Shown here piece by piece: positions 1-8,344 of a DNA stretch of 64,000 bases. The position numbers and the translations under genes are program-made. The notes below the pieces were generated by a model that saw nothing but the letters and a program-made list of their open reading frames with translations, had not been told where the DNA came from and did no database searches. The stretch spans positions 96,001 to 160,000 of the forward strand of contig CAVOVB010000007.1 in NCBI GenBank assembly GCA_963699755.1, in the 5' to 3' direction. The first letter of the stretch is position 1; each line of letters begins with the position of its first letter. Source of the stretch: an uncultured delta proteobacterium (lineage in GTDB: Bacteria; Myxococcota_A; Polyangia; Polyangiales; Houyiibacteriaceae).

Positions 1-32
1 GACGTGCTTCCTTCGGCGATCAGCCTCGTCGT

Positions 33-779
33 ATGACCGAGACCACGACAATCTGGGATCGGATCGTGAGCCTCGTCATCTGGATCATCGCCGGAGGCTT
101 CCTAGTCGTCGCCCTCTCGTTCTTGACGATCCTCTACCAGTTCGTCCGGCCTGATCGCGTTCAGTTCCTGGAACGTTTGTACTGCAGGGTCCAACTCGCG
201 CTGACTTTCAACCGGCAGCGACACCAGGTACACCCCGACGTCGACCCCGGCACTCAGTACATCTTCATTCAGAACCACAGCAGTCATCTCGATCATGTCG
301 CCATGTACAACGCGACGCCACACTTCAAGCAGGGCATCGAGCTCGAAAGCCATTTCGACTATCCTTTCTACGGCTGGTTCATGAAGGCCCGAGGCACCAT
401 TGCCGTGCCAAAAGACCGCGCTGGCGCACTCGACGCGCTCGGCAAGGCCGTTCGTGCCGAAGTCGATGTCGGACACTCGATCCTCGGCTTTCCCGAGGGC
501 CACCGAACCAGGACCGGTCACGTGGGCCCCTTCTACGACGGCTTGTTTCGCATCGCGATCGAGCTCGGCATTCCCATCGTTCCAGTTGCGGTGACCGGGC
601 TTTTCGAGGTGCTCCACAAGGGCTCACTCGTCATCCGTCCTGGAAACGAGATCTCGGTGTACGTCGAAGAACCGATTGCCACCGAAGCACTCACCGAAGT
701 CGACATCGCAAGCCTGCGCGACCGCGCGCGGAGCGCGATCGCGACTCGTGTGGACGCGCATTTGGCGGCCAGAAGCTAG
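33..779 (+). CDS. 1-acyl-sn-glycerol-3-phosphate (lysophospholipid) acyltransferase family protein
   Basis: NHSSHLD (NHxxxxD) and FPEGHRT acyltransferase motifs; N-terminal hydrophobic helix. Confidence 0.85.
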   Translation: MTETTTIWDRIVSLVIWIIAGGFLVVALSFLTILYQFVRPDRVQFLERLYCRVQLALTFNRQRHQVHPDVDPGTQYIFIQNHSSHLDHVAMYNATPHFKQGIELESHFDYPFYGWFMKARGTIAVPKDRAGALDALGKAVRAEVDVGHSILGFPEGHRTRTGHVGPFYDGLFRIAIELGIPIVPVAVTGLFEVLHKGSLVIRPGNEISVYVEEPIATEALTEVDIASLRDRARSAIATRVDAHLAARS

Positions 780-789
780 GCCAGCCGCG

Positions 790-1791
790 TTATTCTGCGG
801 CCGCCGCTTCGACGGCCTGAAGCAGGCTCTTCGGAAAAACGCGACCCGTCATGCGATCTCGTACCTTCTTGGCAGCGGCATCCCACTCCGCCTTGTACTT
901 GCTCGTATCGGTTGCCACGATCCCCTTCTTGAGGACGACGTCATAGGCCTTCTGGTCATCGCGGCGAATCGTCTTGTTGAGCAGCACTTCGACGCGCTCG
1001 GAAGAACGTAGGAGCGTTTCCTTGAGATCGGCCGGAAGCGCATCGACCTTGTCCTTGCGCATCACCATGCCGCCGGCGATGATCGCGGAGTTGTGCGCGG
1101 TCATATAATTCACTCGAGTATACCATTGAAGGGCAACTGCCGTGAGCGCCGAAGAGGTGACGACGTCCACCATCTTGGTTTGAAGCCCTGGGTACACTTC
1201 ATTGACGCCGAGCCGAACCCCATTGGCTCCTATCACGTCGTAGAACTCGATGAAGACCAAGTCGTCTTTCCACATCCAAGGTCGCATCGACTTGATATCG
1301 GAGGGCTTCTCGATCGCCTTCTGCGAAAAGAGCCGGGTCTTGCCCGCATCTCCCCAGGCCAGCATCGTGAAGCCTTCATCCTCGAACAGCTTTTCGAATT
1401 CGCCGGCCATTTTTAGCCGAACACGATCGAGCTTTTCGTACGTGTCGAGAAAGTTGGGCAAGACCAATATCACCATCGGCCGGACCAGCATGCTCATGCC
1501 GGTCATCGTAACGACGCCTCCATCGAGCTGACCCACGCGCATCTTTCGAACGAAGTCGCGCTCGTCGCCTTGAGCGCCGCCGGGGTAGAACCGCAGCTTC
1601 AGGCGGCCCTCGGTCTCGCTTTCCAGCGTCTTTTTCCAGGCGTTGAGGACCTTCATCCAGGACGAGCCTGCCGGCGCAAGAGAGGCGATTCGGAACGTGA
1701 CGGCCTCCTCGGCTCGGCTGCTCGGAACGGTGCCAGGGAGCCCCAAGACAACGATGACCAAGAGCAATACAAATGGGAAATATCGATTCAC
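790..1791 (-). CDS. dctP: TRAP transporter solute-binding protein (DctP/TatP-like), 333 aa
   Basis: GTG start at 1791, signal peptide, RIASLAPAGSSW and FYPGGAQGDE motifs; same length as and collinear with the 48983..49984 paralog. Confidence 0.85.
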   Translation of the reverse strand: MNRYFPFVLLLVIVVLGLPGTVPSSRAEEAVTFRIASLAPAGSSWMKVLNAWKKTLESETEGRLKLRFYPGGAQGDERDFVRKMRVGQLDGGVVTMTGMSMLVRPMVILVLPNFLDTYEKLDRVRLKMAGEFEKLFEDEGFTMLAWGDAGKTRLFSQKAIEKPSDIKSMRPWMWKDDLVFIEFYDVIGANGVRLGVNEVYPGLQTKMVDVVTSSALTAVALQWYTRVNYMTAHNSAIIAGGMVMRKDKVDALPADLKETLLRSSERVEVLLNKTIRRDDQKAYDVVLKKGIVATDTSKYKAEWDAAAKKVRDRMTGRVFPKSLLQAVEAAAAE

Positions 1792-1921
1792 GAAACGGTC
1801 TCTTACCGGAGCGGGCCCCCCTCGTCCAGCCCCGCGGAACCCGACCCTGCCGACCCCACCCGTGTTGCGCGGCCCAAACTTTAGCGGAATACTTCCGCTT
1901 CTAAGGGGTTGGGTAGCGGCG

Positions 1922-2302
1922 ATGGATGCCGAGTCACCATGGGGATGGAGCGTTGCGAGGTATCGGCCGGGCCGGTGCACCGCGCAGTTGGCGCTATTCC
2001 TGATCGCCATATCGGGGTTTTTTCCGCGAGTCGAGGCTGATTCGTCCGGGGAGAGGAGCAGCGCCGAAAGGGCCTCGGCCAATCCCCTTCAGGCTCTTGG
2101 CGGGCCCGCCGCGGAGCGCCCTACCGTGTTCGCCGACGAGCTCATCGATCCGCTCGAGGACGATCACCGTGGGGCGGCGTGCCCCTCTGCGCCATCTTTC
2201 CAGAGCTCGGAATCCTCAACGGCTTTCGACTCTAGTGCGGCCTCTCGCGACGGCCGACCAGTAGCGTCCGCGAATCCGGCTCGCGGTCCCCCTTCCGCCT
2301 GA
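1922..2302 (+). CDS. Small upstream ORF (126 aa) with N-terminal hydrophobic segment and C-terminal RGPP motif; putative translation-arrest leader peptide
   Basis: ATG 1922 in frame with listed ORF 1643..2302; hydrophobic LALFLIAISGFF; ends NPARGPPSA-stop 89 nt before sulP. Confidence 0.55.
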   Translation: MDAESPWGWSVARYRPGRCTAQLALFLIAISGFFPRVEADSSGERSSAERASANPLQALGGPAAERPTVFADELIDPLEDDHRGAACPSAPSFQSSESSTAFDSSAASRDGRPVASANPARGPPSA

Positions 2303-2362
2303 CGAAGCCCTCGTGGGCTTCGTCTCCGGCGTGTGCGATTGCCCCCGATCTTCGGGGCAATC
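2301..2362 (+). promoter_or_regulatory. Two tandem RNA hairpins between the RGPP uORF stop and sulP
   Basis: GACGAAGCCC-TCGT-GGGCTTCGTC (perfect 10-bp stem, 2301-2324) and GATTGCCCC-8 nt-GGGGCAATC (9-bp stem, 2337-2362). Confidence 0.6.
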
Positions 2363-2391
2363 TTGTGCTCTCAAGGCGAAGGCGGATTGTC

Positions 2392-3993
2392 ATGTCGAAT
2401 GTAGTGTCAAAGGACGGGCGACGAAGCTCGTTCCCAGTTGCCGATCTCAAGGCAGGGTTCTTGGTTTTCCTCATCGCCCTTCCCCTCTGCCTGGGGATCG
2501 CGATGGCCAGTGGTTTCCCTCCCATATCAGGCGTTCTGACCGCGATCATCGGCGGGGTGGTCGTTACGTTCCTGGGTAGCGCACGACTGACCATCAAGGG
2601 TCCGGCGGCCGGGCTCATCGTGATCGCGCTAGGCGCCGTGCAGGAGCTCGGCGGGGGAGATCCCATGCTCGGCTACCGTCGAGCCCTGGCGGTGGGGACT
2701 GTCGCGGCCGCGGTGCAGATCGCGCTTGCCGTCTTTGGAGCCGCCTCGATCGGAGTAGCGATGTCGCCTTCGGTCGTCCACGGGATGCTTGCAGCCATCG
2801 GCGTGATCATCATCTCGAAGCAAGCGCACACTTTGATGGGCGTGGCACCCGAGGCGAAGGAGCCGCTGGAGTTGCTCGCCGAAATCCCGCGCAGCATCGC
2901 GCATGCCAACCCGGAGATATTGATGCTTGGCGGCCTCTCCCTCCTCATACTCTTTGGCTGGCCGCTGATTCGGGCACGATGGGCAAAGGTCATACCCGCT
3001 CCGGTGGTCGTGCTCGCAATGGCGGTGCCACTGAGCCTGTGGCTTGGCCTAGACCACTCCCACGCATATCGATTCCTGTCGCACCAATTCGACGTTGGAC
3101 CCGAATTCCTCGTGCAGCTACCAGGCTCACTCCTCGATGCGATGGTCTTCCCCGATTTCTCGATGGTGTTCACTGCGGCGTCCCTGAAGTACGTAGTGAT
3201 GTTTGCCCTAGTCGGGACGATCGAATCGACCTTGAGCGTTCTCGCGGTTGACTCGATGGATCCCGAGAAGCGCCCGTCGAATCTCAATCGCGATCTACTG
3301 GCGCTTTCTCTCGGTAATCTCGGTTCGTCCCTGCTCGGCGGCCTTCCGATGATCTCCGAGATCGTGCGAAGCAAAGCGAACATCGACGCTGGTGCGAAGT
3401 CGCATTGGGCGAATTTCTTTCACGGTGCCTTCCTCTTGGTCTTCGTCAGCCTCGCTCCAGGCCTGCTGCATGAAATCCCGCTCGCCGCGCTTGCTGCAAT
3501 GCTCGTCTACACGGGTGCGAGACTCGCATCACCTCGGGAGCTCTGGCACGTCAGGCAAATCGGTCTAGATCAGCTCGCGCTCTTCGTCACGACGCTCCTC
3601 GTCACACTCGCTACCGACCTCCTGGTTGGCGTCGCTGCCGGACTAGTTCTGAAGGTCGTCTTGCATCGTGTTCGCGGGGCGACGTTCGCACAAATCTTTC
3701 GTGCCAGGGTCGAGAAGAGGCAGGAAGGGTCCGAGCTACACCTGACCTTGCGTGGTGCTGCCGCGTTCACGAGCCTCATTTCGGTCCGAAGGGCTCTCGC
3801 CGATCTCGATCCTGCGTGTAACAAGGTCGTGATCGACGTGAGCGACGCCGTGATCGTGGATCATACGTTCTTGAGTCGCCTCGACGGTCTGGCGAATGAG
3901 TGGCCCAACGTCGAGCTCGAGGTGATCGGCATCGAGGAGCTCACGCCCCATTCGCCCCATCCCCATGCAACGCGTCGAAGGACCGAAGCATGA
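2392..3993 (+). CDS. sulP: SulP/SLC26 anion (probably bicarbonate) transporter with C-terminal STAS-like region
   Basis: DLKAGFLVFLIALPLCLGIAMASG, IKGPAAGL, GGLPMISEIVRS, IPLAALAAML; many TM helices. Confidence 0.9.
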   Translation: MSNVVSKDGRRSSFPVADLKAGFLVFLIALPLCLGIAMASGFPPISGVLTAIIGGVVVTFLGSARLTIKGPAAGLIVIALGAVQELGGGDPMLGYRRALAVGTVAAAVQIALAVFGAASIGVAMSPSVVHGMLAAIGVIIISKQAHTLMGVAPEAKEPLELLAEIPRSIAHANPEILMLGGLSLLILFGWPLIRARWAKVIPAPVVVLAMAVPLSLWLGLDHSHAYRFLSHQFDVGPEFLVQLPGSLLDAMVFPDFSMVFTAASLKYVVMFALVGTIESTLSVLAVDSMDPEKRPSNLNRDLLALSLGNLGSSLLGGLPMISEIVRSKANIDAGAKSHWANFFHGAFLLVFVSLAPGLLHEIPLAALAAMLVYTGARLASPRELWHVRQIGLDQLALFVTTLLVTLATDLLVGVAAGLVLKVVLHRVRGATFAQIFRARVEKRQEGSELHLTLRGAAAFTSLISVRRALADLDPACNKVVIDVSDAVIVDHTFLSRLDGLANEWPNVELEVIGIEELTPHSPHPHATRRRTEA

Positions 3994-6980
3994 CGTCCGT
4001 CGGCGCCCAGATTCCCAGAATTGCGGGATCATCGAGCTCGGAATCCGATGCGGACGGGACGATTGACGAGATCCTCGAGCATGCGGCGGAGCTGCTTCCT
4101 CAGCAATCCCCACTGCACATGTTCGTTCACCACAACACCTTGCACGCCTTCGAGCACCTGCCCTTCGAGCAAGCCGTCCTCGCAGCCGCCGCGCGCTTTG
4201 GCACCGAGCCCTACCAGTCCGAGCAGGCGTTCGCCCAGTCTCTGAAGTCCGCGAGAATCCGTCCGTCGGACATCGCTGCGGTGATTCCCGAATCGGCCGA
4301 AGACGAGGGCGTGCCTGTGTTCGCCGGGGGTCCGACGCGACACGAGCTGCAGGCTCTTCGTCTACGCAACCTTTTCGAGATCCCGAAGGGCCCTGCGCTC
4401 CATTGGATGCTCGAGGAGACAGGGACGTTATTTCGCTTTCATCCTCGAGTTTCGGAAGCGGCGCGGGCCGCGATCCTTCAATCTGCTGAGCGACTCTCGG
4501 CGGACCGGAGCCCACTCACGCCAGAGGCGCGTGAGGAGCAGGCGCTCGAGCTGCTCTGGAGCGAGCTATTGGCGGTCGCGCCATCGTGCCCACGCACGCG
4601 TATCGGCATGAGGCGCCGCGACCAGATCCTCGATGCTTGCGGTGCCGACACGGATCACCTGGTGCATCCGCTTCTGATTCGTGTCTGCGCAGCGTTCGTC
4701 GATCAGGGGATCGCATACTGGGAGATGCCGGGGCGGGACAAGGGCTTGCTCGAAGTCTTTCGAACCCTGTATGGAATCGGCTCCGGACCTTCCGATCGCT
4801 GGCTGAAAGGGCTGTCCAAGGAGCTGCGACGCCAACACAACGATGGATGGAACGCGGAACGCACGGTGCGCTGGGCGTTGGAGGAGCTGGATGTTCCGCG
4901 CGATCGATGGGCTAGCTACATCGAGGAGACGCTTCTATCGCTTCCAGGTTGGGCGGGCATGATTCGGCAGCTGGAAGTCCGTCCGGACACGGCGCCGGTC
5001 AACCCTCCGCGCGCCCGACTGATCGACTACCTTGCCCTGCAGCTCACTCTCGATGCGCAGGCCGCGCGCTTCGTCGTTCGGACGCAGGCTGGCGGTCCAG
5101 ACGCATTCGCGGAGATGATGTCGCGCCACAGTGACGCCGACCAATCGAGAATGCTGGATCTCGAGCTCGTCTATGAGGCTTTCATCACGGCACAACTGGG
5201 AGGACTCGGGCCAGCGGAGATTACGGGGCCAGGACCAGCGAGGCGCTGGCTGGAAGAGATCCGTTCCTTCGACGCGAACGAACGGCGCAGACTCTTGCAT
5301 CTGGCTTACGAAAGGAGACATCGCATCGGCGTGCTCGACGGGATCGTGGGTCACTGCCAGTTTGAACGAGCGCAAGCAGACGAACCGAGTTTTCAGGCGG
5401 TATTCTGCATCGATGACCGCGAAGAGTCGCTTCGCAGGCACCTCGAAGAGATTCGACCAGACGTGGAGACTTTCGGATACGCAGGCTTCTTTGGCATTGC
5501 GATGGCATATCAGGGGATCGAGGACATTCGGCCGAGGCCGCTATGCCCGGTCGCCGTTCGACCGAGCCACTATGTCACCGAACGCGCCCTCGATGAGGAC
5601 GAAGCCGCCGTGTTCGCTGAGAAGCGCCGCAGACGAGGACAGCTAACCCACTCGATCGGCCTTGGAAGCAAGATGCTGACCCGCGGCGGGATCCTGTCTG
5701 CCTTGTTCGGCTTCCTGGCGGTCATCCCGCTGCTCGGAAGAAGCTTGTTTCCCCGCGCTACGGAGCGTCTCGCGCATTGGTTCTTGCACCGGACGGCGCC
5801 GACTCCTCCGACCCGCCTGTGTCTGGAACGCTCTGCGGCTGAGCGACGGGACGGACTAGAGCCGGGCTACACGCTAGACGAGATGGCCGGCATCGTGTCC
5901 GGCGCGCTGACAACGATGGGGATGGCTGGGAACTTGTCGTCGCTGGTGCTCATCGTCGGGCACGGGTCTTCGAGCCTCAACAACCCGCACGAGGCGGCTC
6001 ACGATTGCGGTGCGACCGGTGGGGGGCGCGGGGGACCCAACGCGCGCGCCTTTTCTCAGATGGCCAATGACCCGCGGGTTCGAGAGAGGCTTCGGACCCT
6101 CGGCTTGATCATCCCCGAGTCGAGCTGGTTCGTAGGCGCGTACCACAACACCTGCGACGACTCGATGACCTATTACGACGAGGACCTGTTGCCGGCGGAG
6201 TCTCTCGAGGCGCTCGAAGACGCAAAGCAAGCCTTTGCAGAGGCCTGCCTCCTGGACGCGCAGGAACGGTGCCGCCGCTTCGAGTCAGCGCCGTTGACTC
6301 TCGATCCCAAGGCAGCCCTCGCACACGCGGAGGCACATGCTTACGATCTGGCGCAGCCTAGGCCCGAGTACGGTCACGCAACGAACGCGGTTTGCATCGT
6401 TGGCCGCAGAAAACGCACACGCGGCCTGTTCTTGGACCGGCGCGCTTTTCTCGTGTCGTACGATCCGGAGAGCGATCCTACAGGAACGGTTCTGGCCCAG
6501 CTTCTTCGATCGGTCGGCCCGGTCGGCGCTGGAATCAACCTGGAATACTATTTCAGCTTCGTCGATCCCACGGGCTACGGCTGCGGTACCAAGCTCCCTC
6601 ACAACATCGTCGGGCTCATCGGGGTGATGGACGGGCACGCATCGGACTTGAGGACCGGCCTGCCCTGGCAGATGGTGGAGATTCACGAGCCCGTTCGCCT
6701 CTTGACCATCGTCGAGGCAGAAACCGCGACTTTGGCGCGCATCTTGGAGCAAGAACCGGCGCTTGCGAGCTTGGTGAACAATGAGTGGATCCAGTTGGTG
6801 GCCTGGGATCCCTCCGGTCATGCGTTCGCCGTCTATCAGAACGGACGATTTCAACCGTACATCCCAGAAAACCCGGCCATCGCCGTGGTCGACCGCTCGC
6901 TCGACTACTACTTCGGCAGACGGGGGCATCTTAGCCCTGCGCACATCAGGGCCGGATTGCCCGGATTCGGTGGAGCGTGA
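3990..6980 (+). CDS. dabA: DUF2309 DabA/MpsB-type soluble subunit of inorganic carbon pump (beta-CA-like)
   Basis: FVHHNTLHAFE, FCIDDREESLRRHLE, GHGSSSLNNPH..DCG, RPEYGHATNA, DLRTGLPWQMV; ATGA overlap with sulP. Confidence 0.9.
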   Translation: MTSVGAQIPRIAGSSSSESDADGTIDEILEHAAELLPQQSPLHMFVHHNTLHAFEHLPFEQAVLAAAARFGTEPYQSEQAFAQSLKSARIRPSDIAAVIPESAEDEGVPVFAGGPTRHELQALRLRNLFEIPKGPALHWMLEETGTLFRFHPRVSEAARAAILQSAERLSADRSPLTPEAREEQALELLWSELLAVAPSCPRTRIGMRRRDQILDACGADTDHLVHPLLIRVCAAFVDQGIAYWEMPGRDKGLLEVFRTLYGIGSGPSDRWLKGLSKELRRQHNDGWNAERTVRWALEELDVPRDRWASYIEETLLSLPGWAGMIRQLEVRPDTAPVNPPRARLIDYLALQLTLDAQAARFVVRTQAGGPDAFAEMMSRHSDADQSRMLDLELVYEAFITAQLGGLGPAEITGPGPARRWLEEIRSFDANERRRLLHLAYERRHRIGVLDGIVGHCQFERAQADEPSFQAVFCIDDREESLRRHLEEIRPDVETFGYAGFFGIAMAYQGIEDIRPRPLCPVAVRPSHYVTERALDEDEAAVFAEKRRRRGQLTHSIGLGSKMLTRGGILSALFGFLAVIPLLGRSLFPRATERLAHWFLHRTAPTPPTRLCLERSAAERRDGLEPGYTLDEMAGIVSGALTTMGMAGNLSSLVLIVGHGSSSLNNPHEAAHDCGATGGGRGGPNARAFSQMANDPRVRERLRTLGLIIPESSWFVGAYHNTCDDSMTYYDEDLLPAESLEALEDAKQAFAEACLLDAQERCRRFESAPLTLDPKAALAHAEAHAYDLAQPRPEYGHATNAVCIVGRRKRTRGLFLDRRAFLVSYDPESDPTGTVLAQLLRSVGPVGAGINLEYYFSFVDPTGYGCGTKLPHNIVGLIGVMDGHASDLRTGLPWQMVEIHEPVRLLTIVEAETATLARILEQEPALASLVNNEWIQLVAWDPSGHAFAVYQNGRFQPYIPENPAIAVVDRSLDYYFGRRGHLSPAHIRAGLPGFGGA

Positions 6981-8344
6981 TGGAAACCATCATCCATGGC
7001 TTGGTGATCGGCATCGTGGGATTCCCCGTGCTGGCCGTGTTCGTCCTCGGTCTGCGTGCCTGGCTCTATCGACCCTGGAGCGAGCGCGCGACCGTCGCGA
7101 TCGTAAGCTCGGCGTTCAGCGCTTCACTGACGGCATCCGCGATCACCACCGGCTGGCTTCTCGTGCGAGACGTCTCCGAAGCCCGCGTTCCCTTGGGCAG
7201 CTGGTTCTCCGCCGAGCACTATTCGTTCGATTGGTACCTCATAGCGGATCATCTGTCGATTCCCTTTGCGATGTTCTCGGCCGCGCTACTAGGTCTTGTC
7301 GCCGCGTTCTCGAGAAGGTACTTGCACCGCGAGCCGGGCTTCTCACGATTCTACCTCCTACTGACCATCTTCGGTGCCGCAGTAGCGTTCGTCGTGCTGG
7401 CAGGAAGCCTGGATTTGGCCTTCATCGGATGGGAGCTAGTTGGGCTGACGTCCGCTCTGCTGATCGCGTTCTTTCACGAGAGGCGAGCGCCAGTAGAGCA
7501 TGGCCTCCGTGCCTTCGTGACCTATCGACTCTGTGACGTCGGTTTGCTCGCCGCCGGGGTCGCACTTCACTTCATGGTCGGCACGTCGGATGTCGTGCCT
7601 TCCTCGACCGGTCCTTGGGCGGGCTTCGTCGTTCCGAACACCGTGCTCGAGGCGACCGTCGTCGGCTTGCTCCTTCTCTGGGCATCCATGGGCAAAGCGG
7701 CCCAAGCGCCGCTGTCCGGATGGCTGCCGCGCGCGATGGAAGGTCCCACCCCTTCGAGCGCCGTGTTCTACGGGGCGCTTTCCATCCATCTAGGACCCTA
7801 CCTTCTGCTTCGTGCCGCGTCGATCCTCGAGTTCTCGGGAATCGCAGCCGGTGCGGTGATCGCGGTGGGAGGGTCTACCGCCCTGCACGCGACTTTCGTA
7901 GGCCGTACGCAAACCGACATCAAGAGCGCCCTCGCGTACGCCTCGATGACCCAAGTGGGGCTGATCTATGTCGAGATCGGGCTCGGTTTCTACCACCTTG
8001 CGGTCGCCCACATCGTCGGACACGCCGCCATTCGAACGCTTCAAATCCTGAGGTCCCCAAGCTTGCTCCACGACTACCATCATCTCGAGCAAGCGATGGG
8101 AACGCAGCTTCCGCGAACCGGCGGACATCTCGAACGCCTCGTGCCTGGCGCTCTTCAGCCCTGGCTCTATCGCGTCGCCCTCGAGCGCGGTGGCTTCGAC
8201 GCCTTCCTCAGGGACCAGGTCGTTGCGCGGGCGCTGGGCGCCGTCTCGTGGTTGGACCGGGTGGACCGGGCCTGGGTAGACTATCTGACGAAACCAACGC
8301 GACCGAAGGAGCCGCGCCAGCAGCCGGACGAGGTCCGACCATGA
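6977..8344 (+). CDS. dabB: DabB/MpsA-type NuoL(ND5)-like proton-conducting membrane subunit
   Basis: GWELVGLTS, GKAAQAPLSGWLPRAMEGPTPSSA, QTDIKSALAYAS; overlaps the dabA stop. Confidence 0.85.
   Translation: MMETIIHGLVIGIVGFPVLAVFVLGLRAWLYRPWSERATVAIVSSAFSASLTASAITTGWLLVRDVSEARVPLGSWFSAEHYSFDWYLIADHLSIPFAMFSAALLGLVAAFSRRYLHREPGFSRFYLLLTIFGAAVAFVVLAGSLDLAFIGWELVGLTSALLIAFFHERRAPVEHGLRAFVTYRLCDVGLLAAGVALHFMVGTSDVVPSSTGPWAGFVVPNTVLEATVVGLLLLWASMGKAAQAPLSGWLPRAMEGPTPSSAVFYGALSIHLGPYLLLRAASILEFSGIAAGAVIAVGGSTALHATFVGRTQTDIKSALAYASMTQVGLIYVEIGLGFYHLAVAHIVGHAAIRTLQILRSPSLLHDYHHLEQAMGTQLPRTGGHLERLVPGALQPWLYRVALERGGFDAFLRDQVVARALGAVSWLDRVDRAWVDYLTKPTRPKEPRQQPDEVRP

Noticed and set aside
7615..8340. 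703-aa ORF as a long N-terminal extension of the NuoM-like subunit
   Set aside because: The extension is an Arg-rich shadow of dabB; the ATGA overlap at 8341 gives the natural start.
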